From the NCBI GenBank assembly GCA_963820645.1, contig CAWGAS010000023.1, positions 33,795 through 97,794 on the forward strand: 64,000 nucleotides of DNA, given 5' to 3'. The stretch comes from an uncultured Acidobacteriota bacterium (GTDB lineage: Bacteria; Acidobacteriota; Vicinamibacteria; Vicinamibacterales; 2-12-FULL-66-21). The notes below the pieces were generated by a model. It saw nothing but the letters and a program-made list of their open reading frames with translations. It ran no database searches and was not told where the DNA came from. This document shows, in pieces, positions 1 to 12,275 of the stretch. The position numbers and the translations under genes are program-made. Each line of letters begins with the position of its first letter. The stretch's first letter is position 1.

Positions 1-1062
1 GATGGCGTTCTTGAGGATGTTGAGGAGCGCCTGCTCGATCTGCGCCGCGATCGATCGCCACCGCGCACCGCCGGCTGCGTCCAGCTCCCACCGCCAGGCG
101 ATCCCGGCGGCGTCCGGCGCCGGCGCTGAGCAGCCGCACGATGCCGCTCGAGGATCGGCAACCAGGTCGCACGGCTGCGTGGCAGCGGCGCCGGCAGGCG
201 GAAGACGTCGGCGAACCGGCTGCATGAAGCGTGCTCAGCTGCTCGGTGCGCGCGATCACGATGCCGAGCGCCTGCTCGAAGTCGTGGCGGTTCGCCGGCG
301 TCGAGCTCGCCGGCGTAGGTGAGCGACGAGTGCAGCAGCGAGTTCGACGCGGCGACGGTGTTGTTCACCTCGTGCGACATCACGCGAATCAGCTTCTCGT
401 AGGCGGCGCGCTCGAACTGCCGCAGCTCCTCGGTCAGCTCCTCGATCAGCAGGAAGCTGCGCGGGAAGCCGCGATCGACGAACGTGCCGCGGTGGCACTT
501 GCACGCGCCGCGCGCCGAGCAGGCCGACCACGCGCGACTCGCCGGGCGCGAGCGCGGCGAGCGCTCGCGCGAGCGGCGAGTCCGAGCGTCGCGAGGCGCC
601 GGCCGACCACCGTCGGCGCCGGGCCGGTCGAGCAGCCGCTCGGCCGCGGGGTTGAGGCTGCTGACGCGCCGTCGAAGTCGAGGATCGACGACGCCGGACG
701 GCGAGACGTGCAGGACCTGGCTCAGGAACTGGTGCTGCTCGGCGAGCCGCACGCGCTCGTCGCGCAGGTGGTCGACCATCCGGTTGTAGACGCCGATCAG
801 CTCGTCGATCTCGGGCTGGCCGACCGGCAGGAACCGCGACGTGAACTCCTCGTCGCGGATGAGCCGCAGGCCCTCGGCGGCCAGCGCCGAGCTGGCGGTA
901 CATGCTCGCGCGACAGCCGCAGGCCGACGACGAGCGACACGACGAAGACCGCTTCGACCGCCGATCAGCCAGAACGCGGTTGTCGAGGAACAGGTAGACG
1001 GCCAGCGCCGGCGAAGATCAGGTGCAGCACGACGAGGTAGGCGACGGCGCGCCGGCGCAGGC

Positions 1063-1066
<4 letters not shown>
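1..1066 (-). CDS. sensor histidine kinase (TM-HAMP-PAS-HisKA-HATPase, NtrB-like); C-terminus runs off the window start; multiple frameshifts
   Basis: Reverse-strand translation pieced from several frames. GTG start at 1066 overlaps the upstream stop (GTGTGA). N-terminal TM VSLRRRAVAYLVVLHLIFAG, HAMP-like PEIDELIGVYNRMVDHLRDERVRL, H-box IRVMSHEVNNTVAASNSLL, N-box-like QIEQALLNILKNAI at the window edge. No single ORF-track frame spans it. Confidence 0.8.
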
Positions 1067-2444
<1,378 letters not shown>

Positions 2445-2481
2445 GTGGGCAGGCAGCGCGCGACGTGCGTCGGGTCGCTGG

Positions 2482-3747
2482 TCACTCGTAGCGTAGCGCC
2501 TCGGCCGGCTGGATCCGCGTCGCCAGCCGGCTCGGATACCAGCCGCAGGCCAGCGTCAGCAGGTAGATGGCGGCCGCCGAGATGCGCGATGCTGGCGACG
2601 AACACCGGCGCGGGCACGACCTGCAGGTCCGTCGGGCAGCGGCAGCAGCGGCAGCTGCGCGACCAGCAGCACGCCGGCGACGCAGCGCGAGCGACGTCAT
2701 GATCGACCATCTCGGCGAGGACCTGCGCCGCGCACGTTCGCGATCGTCGCGCCCTTGGCGCGGCGCAGGCCGAACTCGCGAATCCGCTGCGTGACGCTCT
2801 GCCAGACCACGCCGGTCAGGCCGAGCGCGACCATCAGCAGCAGGAACGCCGGCGATCGTGCCGACGACCACGAGCGGCATCGTGTATTGCGCGCAGCTTG
2901 TCGCTCGCGCATGACGTCGAGCGGCTGCGACCTCGAACGACCAGGCGTCCGCGACCGCCATGGCGCGCTTGACGAGCGTCTCCTCGAACGCCGCCGTCGT
3001 GCCGGGCCGCAGCCGGACGAACAGCCGCTCGGGCAGCGCCGCCTTCGGGTCCGGGCCGTCGAGCCGCATCCGATAGAACAGGTAGTTGCCGGTCGCCGAC
3101 AGCTCGCCGTTCTGCCGGAACTCCTCGACGACGCCGATGACGCGCTTGATCTCGGGCTTGTCGCTGCGGGTCCGGCGGCGGGCGTTCGGGATCGCGCTCC
3201 TCCGGGATGATCTGGCCGACCGGGTTCGCGTCGCCGAAGATCTCCCGCGCCAGCCGCCGGTTGACGACGACCGGCGTCCACGTCGCCGCGTCGTCCTCGC
3301 GCGAGAACCAGCGTCCCGCGACGATCGGGATGTGCAGCAGCGTCGAGGTAGTCGTCGGTGACGCTGTTCACGCCGTAGTCGACCTCGCGGCCGCCGGCCA
3401 GGCGGATGCCGCTGCCCCAGTTCGAGTTGGCGTAGGGCCCGGTGAAGCCGGCGGCGACGACCTCGACCTCGCGGCATCTCGCCGAGCGCCAGCAGCAGCT
3501 GCCGATAGGTCTCGCCGGTGGCGGCGCCTTGACCGCGGGCTCCGTCGTCCGGCTCCTTGCGGTCGACCGCTGACGTCCCAGACGCGATCGATCTCGAAGC
3601 CGAGCGGCTGGCGCGCGTTGTTGGCGTAGTGCGCCGCCAAGAGCACGACCCCGAACAGCGTCAGGAACGAGAAGAAGATCTCGAGCGGTCAGCAGGAAGT
3701 TCTGGCGCTTGCGGTTCCAGATCAGGCGCAAGCAGGTGGCGGGTCAT
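2482..3747 (-). CDS. ABC transporter permease, FtsX/MacB type (second of two), frameshifted
   Basis: N-terminus MTRHLL/RLIWNRKRQNFLLTA/EIFFSFLTLFGVVLLAAHYANNARQPLGFEIDRVWDVS is spread over three frames. C-terminus ...WYPSRLATRIQPAEALRYE* (ORF 2482..3477). ATGA start/stop overlap with the upstream permease at 3744-3747. Confidence 0.8.
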
Positions 3748-5011
3748 CGGGACACGCCTCCCTTGAGCGCCTCGACGGGATGGAGCCGCGACATCCGCCA
3801 CGCCGGGTAGACGCCGGAGATCAGGCCGAACAGCACGGCCATCGCCATGCCGTAGGCGAACACGCGCGGGTTGAGCGTGAAGTGCGCGTAGCTGGAAGAG
3901 GCCGCTCTGGCTGATCAGCGCGGAGCACGAGGACCGACAGCGACGAACCCGAGGAGCGCCGCCGACCAGCGTCAGCAGGATGTTCTCGACGAGGAACTGC
4001 CCGACCAGCGTGCGCGCCGGCGCGCCGAACGCCTTGCGCACGCCGATCTCCGAGGCCCGCTCCATGATGCGGCTGATGTTGATGTTGACGAGGTTGACGG
4101 TCGGGAATCAGGACGAAGAGCAGGCCGAGCGCCGCCAGCAGCCCGACGAGCTTCCACACCTGGCTCTCGGGATCCTTGCGGTCGCCGGTCGGCATCAGGC
4201 GCGCGAACGCCCTCGAACTTGGTCTCGAACGGGGCGACGATCGCCTGAAACTCCTTCGGATCGGGCAGCTCGACGCGGAGCAGCCGCGAGTTGAACTCCT
4301 CGCGGATGGCGGCCATCGCCGCCTTGTCTTTCGCGAGCGCCATGGCGTTCCAGCCGCCCATGATCTCGCGCTTGTAGGCGTCGGTCTTCGCGGTCGTGTA
4401 GGGCACCCAGATGTCCGCGAACGGCACGGTGCGCAGCTCGGAGACGTTCTCGACGACGCCGACGACGCGGAACCGCTGGCCGTCGGCTTCGAGCGTCTGC
4501 CCGACCGCCGGCCGCCCGCCGAAGAACCGCTCGCGCGTCGCTGGCGTTGATGACCGCGACGAACCGCGCCTCGGCGACGTCGGCGGTTCCGTACGGGCCC
4601 GCCTTCGAGGAACGTGAAGTCGAGGATCCGCCAGAACTCGTCGTCGGTCCGCTTCAGCGATCGAGGAGATCTTCCGGCCGTCGAGGTACGAGTGCACCGT
4701 CCGGTCGTGTTCGAAGAGCGACAGCCGCTCGACGCCCGGCAGGTTGCGCGCGTACTGGTCGAACAGCTTGAAGCCGCCGCTGCTCGACCACGTGGTTGTG
4801 CGGCCCGTACATCACGGCCCGCTCGACATAGAGCGTGCGCTCCTGCCGCGTCTCCGGCGGCACCGGGGCCGAACGAATGGTCGAACAGCGCCGCGACCAC
4901 CGTCAGCACGAGCAGCGTGAAGCTGATGCCGAACAGGCTGATGAAGGTGAAGAACTTGCGCCGCAGCAGGACCTTCACGGCGAGCAGGAGGTAGTGATTC
5001 AGCATCGGCAT
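3744..5011 (-). CDS. ABC transporter permease, FtsX/MacB type (first of two), frameshifted
   Basis: MPMLNHYLLLAVKVLLRRKFFTFISLFGISFTLLVLTVVAALFDH (ORF 3821..5011). Periplasmic-domain pieces RFRVVGVVENVSELRTVPFADIWVPYTTAK (ORF 3972..4697). FtsX end FGAPARTLVGQFLVENILLTLVGG ... SGVYPAWRMSRLHPVEALKGGVSR*. Confidence 0.8.
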
Positions 5012-5039
5012 CCAGTGCGCACGCGTCCGCGCAGCCTCG

Positions 5040-5708
<669 letters not shown>

Positions 5709-5757
5709 GCGAATACCTTGACTCCTCGTCTGTCGCCGGTCGCGTCGAGCCCGCGCG

Positions 5758-7002
5758 CTATCGGATCTTGACTGCGCTCAGGTGCAGGTAGTCCTTCATG
5801 TCCGAGATGATCACTTCGTCACCCTCCGCGACGCCCGACAGCACCTCGACGTCGTCGACGCCGGAGAGGCCGAGCTCGAGCGGCACGCGGACGGCGCGGT
5901 CGCCGCGGACCACGAACGCCTGACGGGCGGCATTGTCGGCAAACGGCCCGCGCTCGACGCGCAGGGCGCGCGGCTTGCGGTCGGTGATGACCAGGACGTC
6001 GACGCGCAGGCTGGGCCGCAGGCCGGCGTGCGACGGCTCCGCCAGCGCCACCGTGAAGCGGATGCACGCCGTTCTCGACCGTCGGGAAGACGTCGGTGAC
6101 CGTGCCCTGGCAGATCCAGGTCGTTCACGCGGACCACGGCGGACATGCCGGTGCGCAGCCGGCCGGCGTGGACGTCCGAGACGGTGGCGTCGACGCGGAA
6201 CGAGGTGAGGTCGGCGATGCGCGCGATGACGTCGCCCCGGCGGACGAGCGCGCCCTCCTGCGACAGCACCCAGGTCAGCACGCCGTCGCGATCCGACTTG
6301 GTCGTCGAGAGATCGAGGAGACGGCGCGCCTGCGCGGCTTCCTTGTCGAGCGAGCCGCGCTCGAGCGACGAGCCCCTCGAGCTGCATCGTGGTGGTCCGC
6401 TCGGCGTTCTTGCGCTGGTCGCGGAGCTGCGCCAGCTCGATGTGCGCCTGCTTCACGCCGAGCTCCGAGCGGCGGAGCGCGTCGCGCGAGAGCAGCCCCT
6501 CCTTGAAGAGCTGCGCCTCGCCTTCGAGCCGCGCCTCCGCGGACTCGAGCTCGAGCGCCTTGAGCTCCAGGCGGCCGTCGAGATCGACCAGCGACCGCTC
6601 GAGCGTCAGCCGTGTCTGCGCCTGCTGGTTGTCCTTGATCTTGAGGTCCTTCACGACCTTGTCGAGCGCCAGCACCGACTCGCTGATGTCGAGCTCGACG
6701 ACCGGGTCGCCCCGCTTCAGGTGAGCGCCCGGCCGCTGGAGGATCCGGAGCACGCGTGCGTCGAGCGGGCTCGAGAGCACGCGCTCGACCTCGGGGGTGA
6801 CCGTGCCGGACGCCATGATGACCGCCTCGACGGGCCCCGTCGTGACCAGGGCCGTGCGGATCCGGGCGCGGTTGACCGACGGGCGCATCCAGCCCGGAAG
6901 CCAGACGACGACCAGCGCCAGGACCAGAACCGGCATCGCGATCTGGAGCACCCGCCGGCGGCGATCCTGTCGTCGAACTTCTGGAGCGAGCGCGCGGTCC
7001 AT
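5758..7002 (-). CDS. HlyD-family efflux adaptor (membrane fusion protein); internal compensating frameshifts
   Basis: ORF 5758..7002 has an N-terminal TM (MPVLVLALVVVWLPGW), barrel-sandwich and coiled-coil regions (LKRGDPVVELDISESVLALDKVVKDLKIKDNQQAQTRL...) and the end VLSGVAEGDEVIISDM. The middle of that frame is Arg/Pro junk, while the real segment (LTWVLSQEGALVRRGDVIARIADLTSFRVDATVSDVHAGRLRTGMSAVVRVNDL) lies in ORF 5811..6281. Confidence 0.85.
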   Translation of the reverse strand: MDRALAPEVRRQDRRRRVLQIAMPVLVLALVVVWLPGWMRPSVNRARIRTALVTTGPVEAVIMASGTVTPEVERVLSSPLDARVLRILQRPGAHLKRGDPVVELDISESVLALDKVVKDLKIKDNQQAQTRLTLERSLVDLDGRLELKALELESAEARLEGEAQLFKEGLLSRDALRRSELGVKQAHIELAQLRDQRKNAERTTTMQLEGLVARARLARQGSRAGAPSPRSLDDQVGSRRRADLGAVAGGRARPPGRRHRAHRRPHLVPRRRHRLGRPRRPAAHRHVRRGPRERPGSARARSPTSSRRSRTACIRFTVALAEPSHAGLRPSLRVDVLVITDRKPRALRVERGPFADNAARQAFVVRGDRAVRVPLELGLSGVDDVEVLSGVAEGDEVIISDMKDYLHLSAVKIR

Positions 7003-7014
7003 ACCATCGCACTC

Positions 7015-7030
7015 ATCAATGGCCGTGCCG
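7015..7030 (-). promoter_or_regulatory. candidate sigma-54 (-24/-12) promoter for the adaptor-ABC-regulator-kinase operon
   Basis: The minus strand reads CGGCACGGCCATTGAT against the consensus TGGCACG-N4-TTGCW. GG and spacing are conserved and the -12 is GA instead of GC. It lies only about 13 nt upstream of the ATG at 7002. The operon encodes its own sigma-54 activator. Confidence 0.25.
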
Positions 7031-7542
7031 TGGCGGGCCTGGAGTTACAACGACTTAGGGGTCGCGCCGTGATGGCCGTCGTTCGGGATCGCACGAAAGG
7101 CTGTTCAGAAGCGGACAGCGGTGCGATCTCGGGGCCAAAGTATGCGACTCTGGAGCGCGCAGATGCGCGACGTTGGGCGACGCGCACGGGAGAGTTGAGC
7201 GGACGCCGAGGCGGTTGCCGGACTTCGCTCGAACGCGTGCTCGGCTGCGTCGGACGACGACCTGCTGCCGCATGCACGTGCCGAAGAGCTGACGCGAACG
7301 CGACATCGAGGTGCGCAGCGACGGTGGCGAGTCGTGAGGTCCTTCGACTCGCCGTGAACATTGCGCTCGCTCAGGACACCATTCGACTCGCTCGCTGGCG
7401 CTCGCGAGTCGAATGAGCGCCTGCGGCCGCAAGCGAGGGCCGGAGGGAAGTGCCGCGCAGCGTCACTCTGCAGTGCGGAGCGGCACCCCGAGCGCGCAGC
7501 GAGGTGGGGAACGCAAAGGGGCCCACCGAGCGAAGTAATAAA

Positions 7543-7891
7543 TGGAGGCGCGGGGATTCGCACCCCGGTCCGAAAATATGTCCCCGCAGGAATCTACGAT
7601 GCGTATCCGCCTCTGTAGTGTCGCGCCCGGCGTGGAGAGGCGGAAAAACCGCCGGGCACCAACCCCGAAAAGTCTCGCCGCTGACGTCCAGGGCGGCCGT
7701 CAGCAACCAGCCTGCTTAAATGACATCCAGTTCCGGCCCGCAGGCTGACCGGAGTGGACGCTCACAGGGGTTTAGGCTGCGAGAGCGAGCTGCGTGTTTG
7801 CAGTTAGTTTTTTTCCATCAGTTTAACGAGGGTGATGGTCCTCGGCACGCATCCTGCGAAACCGTATCTCCGTCGAATCTAGGTCGCCCCC
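7543..7891 (-). ncRNA. ssrA: tmRNA (SsrA)
   Basis: The minus strand starts GGGGGCGACCTAGATTCGACGG and ends GGACCGGGGTGCGAATCCCCGCGCCTCCA. The 7-bp acceptor stem has a G3:U pair. Tag reading frame GCA AAC ACG CAG CTC GCT CTC GCA GCC TAA = ANTQLALAA* (7772-7801). The T-loop reads TGCGAAT rather than TTCGAAT. Confidence 0.9.
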
Positions 7892-7938
7892 TCAGGCGCG
7901 TGCCCCAGCGGGCGGCACGGACGCACGAACGAACCTCC

Positions 7939-7968
7939 ATTGTACGCGGTCGGACGAATGCACGTCAA
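7939..7968 (-). promoter_or_regulatory. putative sigma-70-type promoter of ssrA
   Basis: Minus strand: TTGACG (7963-7968), an 18-nt spacer, then TACAAT (7939-7944), about 45 nt upstream of the mature tmRNA 5' end. Confidence 0.45.
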
Positions 7969-8005
7969 GTTGCTGTCGTGCTTGGATTTGCGGCATTTTC
8001 CGCGC

Positions 8006-8034
8006 TTGACTTGCCGGATCCGGCTTCGGATAAT
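8006..8034 (+). promoter_or_regulatory. putative sigma-70-type promoter of the coiled-coil gene
   Basis: TTGACT (8006-8011), a 17-nt spacer containing the palindrome CCGGATCCGG, then GATAAT (8029-8034). Only 8 nt separate it from the ATG at 8043. Confidence 0.45.
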
Positions 8035-8042
8035 GCCTGAGG

Positions 8043-9742
8043 ATGGCTGAGGACCAGCTTCGCACGACGATCGACGGACTTCGGGCGCGAATCCAGGCTG
8101 AGCTGGATGCGCAGCTCGATGCCGTCGCGCAGAACTACGAGCAGACGCTCGAGCAGCACGCGCGGCGCCGCGGATGCCGACGCGGAGCAGCGCTGGACGT
8201 CGAAGATCGAAGCGGAGCGCGCCGAGTGGACCGCGCGGCTGCAGTCCGAGGTCGCGGCGGTGCGGTCGGAAGTCGAGCGGGCCATGGCCGGCGAGCTGAC
8301 GCGCGTCCGGGTCGAAGTCGCGCAGGCGGCGGCCGAATCCGTCGAGCACGCGCGCGCCGCCGCGGAAGCCGACGCGGAGCAGCGATGGGCCTCGAAGGTG
8401 GAAGCGCTGCGCACCGAGTCGACGGCGCGGCTTCAGTCTGACATCGCGACGGCGCGTGCGGAGGCGGAAGCCGACGCGGAGCAGCGATGGGTCTCGAAGG
8501 TGGAAGCGCTGCGCGCCGAGTGGACGGCACGGCTTCAGTCTGAAATCGCGATGACGCGTTCGGAAGTCGAGCGCACCATGGTGGCCGAAACGATGCGCGT
8601 GCGGGTGGAAGCGGAGCAGGCGGCCGCCGAGTCGGCCGCCCACGCGCGCCGCGAGGTCGAGCAGGCGCTGCTGCTGGAGCGCGAGCGCGGCCAGGGCGAT
8701 TTCGAGGCGGAGCGCGAACGCGCGCAGGCGGAGCTCGAGTCGGAGCGCCGGCAGTCGCAGGCGGAAATCGAAGCGGAGCGCCAGCGTGCGCAGGCGGAAG
8801 TCGAGGCGGAACGCCATCGGGGCGCAGGCGCAGCTCGCGACCGAACGTCAGCGCGCGGAGAGTGAGCTGACGCGGGCCCGCGCCGCGTTCGACGTCGAGC
8901 GCGAACGCACCGCAGGTTTGATCGAGGACGCGCGCCGTTCCGCCGTGCCGGCGATGAACACGTCGGGCCTGCTGGAAGCGATTCGCGCGATAGACGATGC
9001 GGCATCGTTGTCGGATGCGCTCGCCGCCTCCGTCCGTGGCGCGGCTCTCGAGGCCCCGCGCGCCGCGCTCTTCATCGTCAACGGCGGGGAGCTCCAGGAA
9101 TGGTCCGTGCCCGGCGTTCCCACCGTGAACGCCGGCCGTTTCAGAGCGGACGGACCGGAAGCGGGCTTGCTCAGTGATGCCCTCCGCCTTCAGGAGGTCG
9201 TGACGACGGACAACAACGGAGGACCGGCCGCGCCGGCGCTTTGCCTCGCTGCCCTCCGGGCGTCTCGCGCTCGCGGTGCCGTTCGTGCTTGACGGACAGT
9301 CCGTTGCCGTCCTCTACGCGGACGAGGGAGCAGACGGGAAGGCCCCCTCGTCGTGGCCGGAGGTGGTCCAGATTCTCGGCCACCATGCATCCGCGTGCGT
9401 CGCGTATCTGACGGCCGTGCGCACGGCGCAGGCGATGCAGATGATGACCGGCGCGGATGTCCCCGCGGCTGAACCGGGGCAGCGAGCCGGAGCCCGACGA
9501 GGCGCAGGGCGCTCGCCGGTACGCGCGGCTGCTCGTCTCTGAAATCAAGCTGTACAACGAGGCGCCAGGTGCGGATGGGACGCGAACGGCGCGATCTGAT
9601 GACGCGCCTGAAGCCGGAAATCGATCGCGCCCGCCGTCTTTACGATGAGCGGATCGCCCCGTCGATTCACTCGCGCGACGTCTATTTCCAGCAGGAGCTC
9701 GTGCAGACGCTCGCCGACGGCGATCAGTCGCTGCTCGGATAA
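8043..9742 (+). CDS. hypothetical coiled-coil repeat protein with a GAF-like C-terminal region, frameshifted
   Basis: Joined from ORFs 8043..8441, 8107..8865, 8786..9292, 9276..9542, 9457..9648 and 9645... It has Glu/Ala/Arg-rich heptad-like repeats, then LLEAIRAIDDAASLSDALAASVRGAALEAPRAALFIVNGGELQEW...VPFVLDGQSVAVLYADEG, then ARRYARLLVSEIKLYNEA...RLKPEIDRARRLYDERI...LADGDQSLLG* (stop 9740-9742). Confidence 0.6.
8175..8662 (+). repeat. intragenic direct repeats, A-B-A-A-B architecture (A about 102 bp)
   Basis: GCCGACGCGGAGCAGCG(C/A)TGG... starts at 8175, 8368 and 8470. Copies 2 and 3 are tandem (102 bp apart) and encode ADAEQRWxSKxEAxRxExTARLQSxxA. A B unit (RSEVERxMxxExxRVRVExxQAAAESxxHAR) follows copies 1 and 3. 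Confidence 0.8.
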
Positions 9743-9762
9743 TCCAGGTTCCAGGCCATACC

Positions 9763-12082
9763 GTGATATTCGACGGCCTCTGTGTTCGCCCCGCTCTTCT
9801 TCTCGCCGCTCTGTTGGCTGGTGGACCGCAGACGGTCCCCCTGCTGGCCGGCGCAGGACCCCAGTCCGCTCCCCCGATAACCGCCGGCAGTTCGCAGCTG
9901 GCGCCGACGGTGCACCCCGCCCTTCCGCCCAATGCCAGCGACCTGTGGCTCGTGCCGTCGGAACGCGACCGCGCCGCGCGCTCGATCGCGACCTACGAGG
10001 CGCTGGCGGCCGGGGTGAAGCGGTACAAGGACGGCGACTATGCCGGGGCGCTGGCGCTCGTCACGCGTCCCGCGCTCGCGGGCACGGCGCTGGCGGCTCA
10101 CGCCGCGTATTACGCGGGTCTCTGCCAGCTCCGGCTCGGTCAGGTCGCCGCGGCGCGCCGCACGTTCGACGAGTTGCTCGATCGCAAGCCGCCCGGGTAC
10201 GTCGCGATCGCGGCCGCGCTGGCATCGGGCGAGGCGGCGGAGGCGGCCGGTGACTTCGACGCCGCGGTCCGGATCTACGAACGGATCGCCGTGCAGAAGG
10301 CCGCCGTCACCGACGACGTGTTGTCGCGGCTCGGACGCGCGGCGCTCGCGTCTGGAGACCGGTCGAAGGCCGCCTCGGCCTACGTGCGCGTCTACTACGA
10401 GTTCCCGCTGACCGAGGGAGCGACGCTGGCCGGGGACGCAGCTCGACGGGCTGCAGGACCAGATCAAGCACACCGGCTACAAGCTCGATCTCGGCCGCGC
10501 GCAGCTCCTGTTCGGGGCGCGGCGCTACGCCGAGGCGCGCACGGCGTTCGAGGATCTGCAGCGCGTGGCCGAGGGCGACGACAAGGAGCTCGTCGATCTG
10601 CGCGTCGCGGAGTGCGATTTCCAGTTGAAGCGCTACGCGGCGGCGCGCGACGGCGTGCTGCCGTACCTGGAACGGGCGTCGCGCAAGGCCGAAGCGCGGT
10701 TCTTCCATCTCAGCAGCCTCCGCGAGCTCGGCGATCACGCGGAGTTCATCGCGCAGACGGCCGCGCTCGTCGCCGATTTTCCGGACAGCTCGTGGGCCGA
10801 GGAAGCGCTGAACAATCTCGGCACGCACTACATCGTGACCGACGACGACGCGCTCGCGGCGCGGACCTTCAAGGAGCTGTACGACAAGTTCCCGACGGGC
10901 ACGCGTTCGGAGCGCGCGGCGTGGAAGTACGGATGGTGGAGCTACACGAACGGAGACTATCCGGAGACGGTGCGGGTGTTCGAGAGCGCCGCGCTCGCCT
11001 TTCCCCGGTCCGACTATCGGCCGTCGTTCCTGTATTGGGCCGCCCGCTCGCACGCCAGGCTCGGGGCCGCCACGCAGGCGGACGCCCGGCTGCGGCTCGT
11101 CCACGCCGACTACGCCAACTCGTACTACGGCCGCCTCGCCGACCGCCAGCTCGCGCGGCGCGGCGGCGCCCGGCCGCCGGCATCCGGCTCGCGTCGCGCG
11201 CGGAGTCACCGGCGCCGGCCGCGCCGCCGATTCCGACCGACAGCCTGATCCGGCTGCTGCTCGCCAACGGCTTGTACGACGATGCGCTCGGCGAGCTGCG
11301 GTACGCGCAGCGCGCGTGGGGCAGCTCGACCCGGATCGACGCGACCATCGCCTGGACGTACCACCAGATGGGCGAGCTGCGCCGGGCCATCACGTTGATG
11401 CGGCGCGCGTATCCCCAGCATCTGACGGCCGGAGGCGAGCAGCTGCCGGCGGAGATCCTCCAGGTCATCTTTCCGCTGACGTACTGGGAGTCGATCCGCA
11501 AGCAGTCGGCGCTGCGCGGGCTCGATCCGTACCTCATCGCCGCCCTCATCGCGCAGGAGTCCACCTTCGATCCGCAGATCAGGTCCGTCGCGAATGCCTG
11601 GGGACTGATGCAGATCGTGCCGGCGACCGGCCGGCGCCTCGCGCGGTCGCTCGGCATCAGGAGGTTCACGACCGCGACGCTGACCAATCCCGAGATCAAC
11701 ATCAGAATGGGGACGTTGCATTTCTCGCAGCTGGTCGAGCAGTACGGCGGGACCTACTACGCCCTCGCGAGCTACAACGCCGGCGGAAGCCGCGTCGTCC
11801 GCTGGAAGGCGGAGGCGCCGGGGCTCGATGAAGAGGAGTTCATCGACAACATCCCGTTTCCCGAGACGCAGAACTACGTGAAGCGCATCCTGGGCACGGC
11901 CGAGGACTACCGGATGTTGTACGCACCGCGGAGAGGGCACGCCGCGGGTCGCCCCGCCGGCGTCGAAGCCCACGGTGAAGGCGCCCGCGAAAAAGCCGGC
12001 CACCAAGAAGCCGACCGTCAAGAAGAAGGCCCCGCCGAAGAAGGCGCCCGCCAGGCCGTCCTCGACAACGCGCCGCAAATAG
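9763..12082 (+). CDS. soluble lytic murein transglycosylase (Slt family; TPR/superhelical N-domain plus SLT domain), frameshifted
   Basis: SLT catalytic region LIAALIAQESTFDPQIRSVANAWGLMQIVPATGRRLA...YALASYNAGGSRVVRW (ORF 9763..12129). The middle part lies in ORF 10565..11248. The likely true tail is the Lys-rich frame APAKKPATKKPTVKKKAPPKKAPARPSSTTRRK* ending at 12082. The uncorrected ORF ends at 12129. Confidence 0.85.
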
Positions 12083-12126
12083 CGGGCGCCGAGATCGCAA
12101 CGGCGACACCAACAATCGCTCGTGGC

Positions 12127-12220
12127 TAGTCGCCGAATCGCGTAATCCGCGCAATCACTCGAATCAGCTGAATCCTGAGCCCGATTCGAGGATTCGAGGA
12201 TTCGGCGATTAGTCGATTCC
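12127..12220. repeat. word array / imperfect hairpin (word GAATC, then GATTC)
   Basis: Left half TAGTCGCCGAATCGCGTAATCCGCGCAATCACTCGAATCAGCTGAATC. Right half GATTCGAGGATTCGAGGATTCGGCGATTAGTCGATTC is its approximate reverse complement. It sits between the convergent Slt gene and a membrane-protein gene. Confidence 0.6.
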
Positions 12221-12275
12221 GGGACGTCGGTCACGATCGTGACTCCGGTCAACTCCGTACTGGAGTCCGTGTCCG

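Noticed and set aside
8175-8662. Diversity-generating retroelement (template/variable repeat pair) in the coiled-coil gene.
   Set aside because: The differences between copies are not adenine-specific, no reverse transcriptase or accessory gene is nearby, and the copies are in-frame tandem duplications.
7879-8817. Long antisense or off-frame ORFs with Arg/Ala/Pro/Gly-rich translations. Examples: 7879..8817(-), 18169..20367(-), 20776..22785(-), 22922..24142(-), 27088..28734(+), 34995..36587(+), 43314..45035(-), 62797..63993(-).
   Set aside because: They are shadows of real genes on the opposite strand or in another frame. Stop codons are rare in DNA of about 70% GC, and the composition is junk-like with no recognisable motifs.
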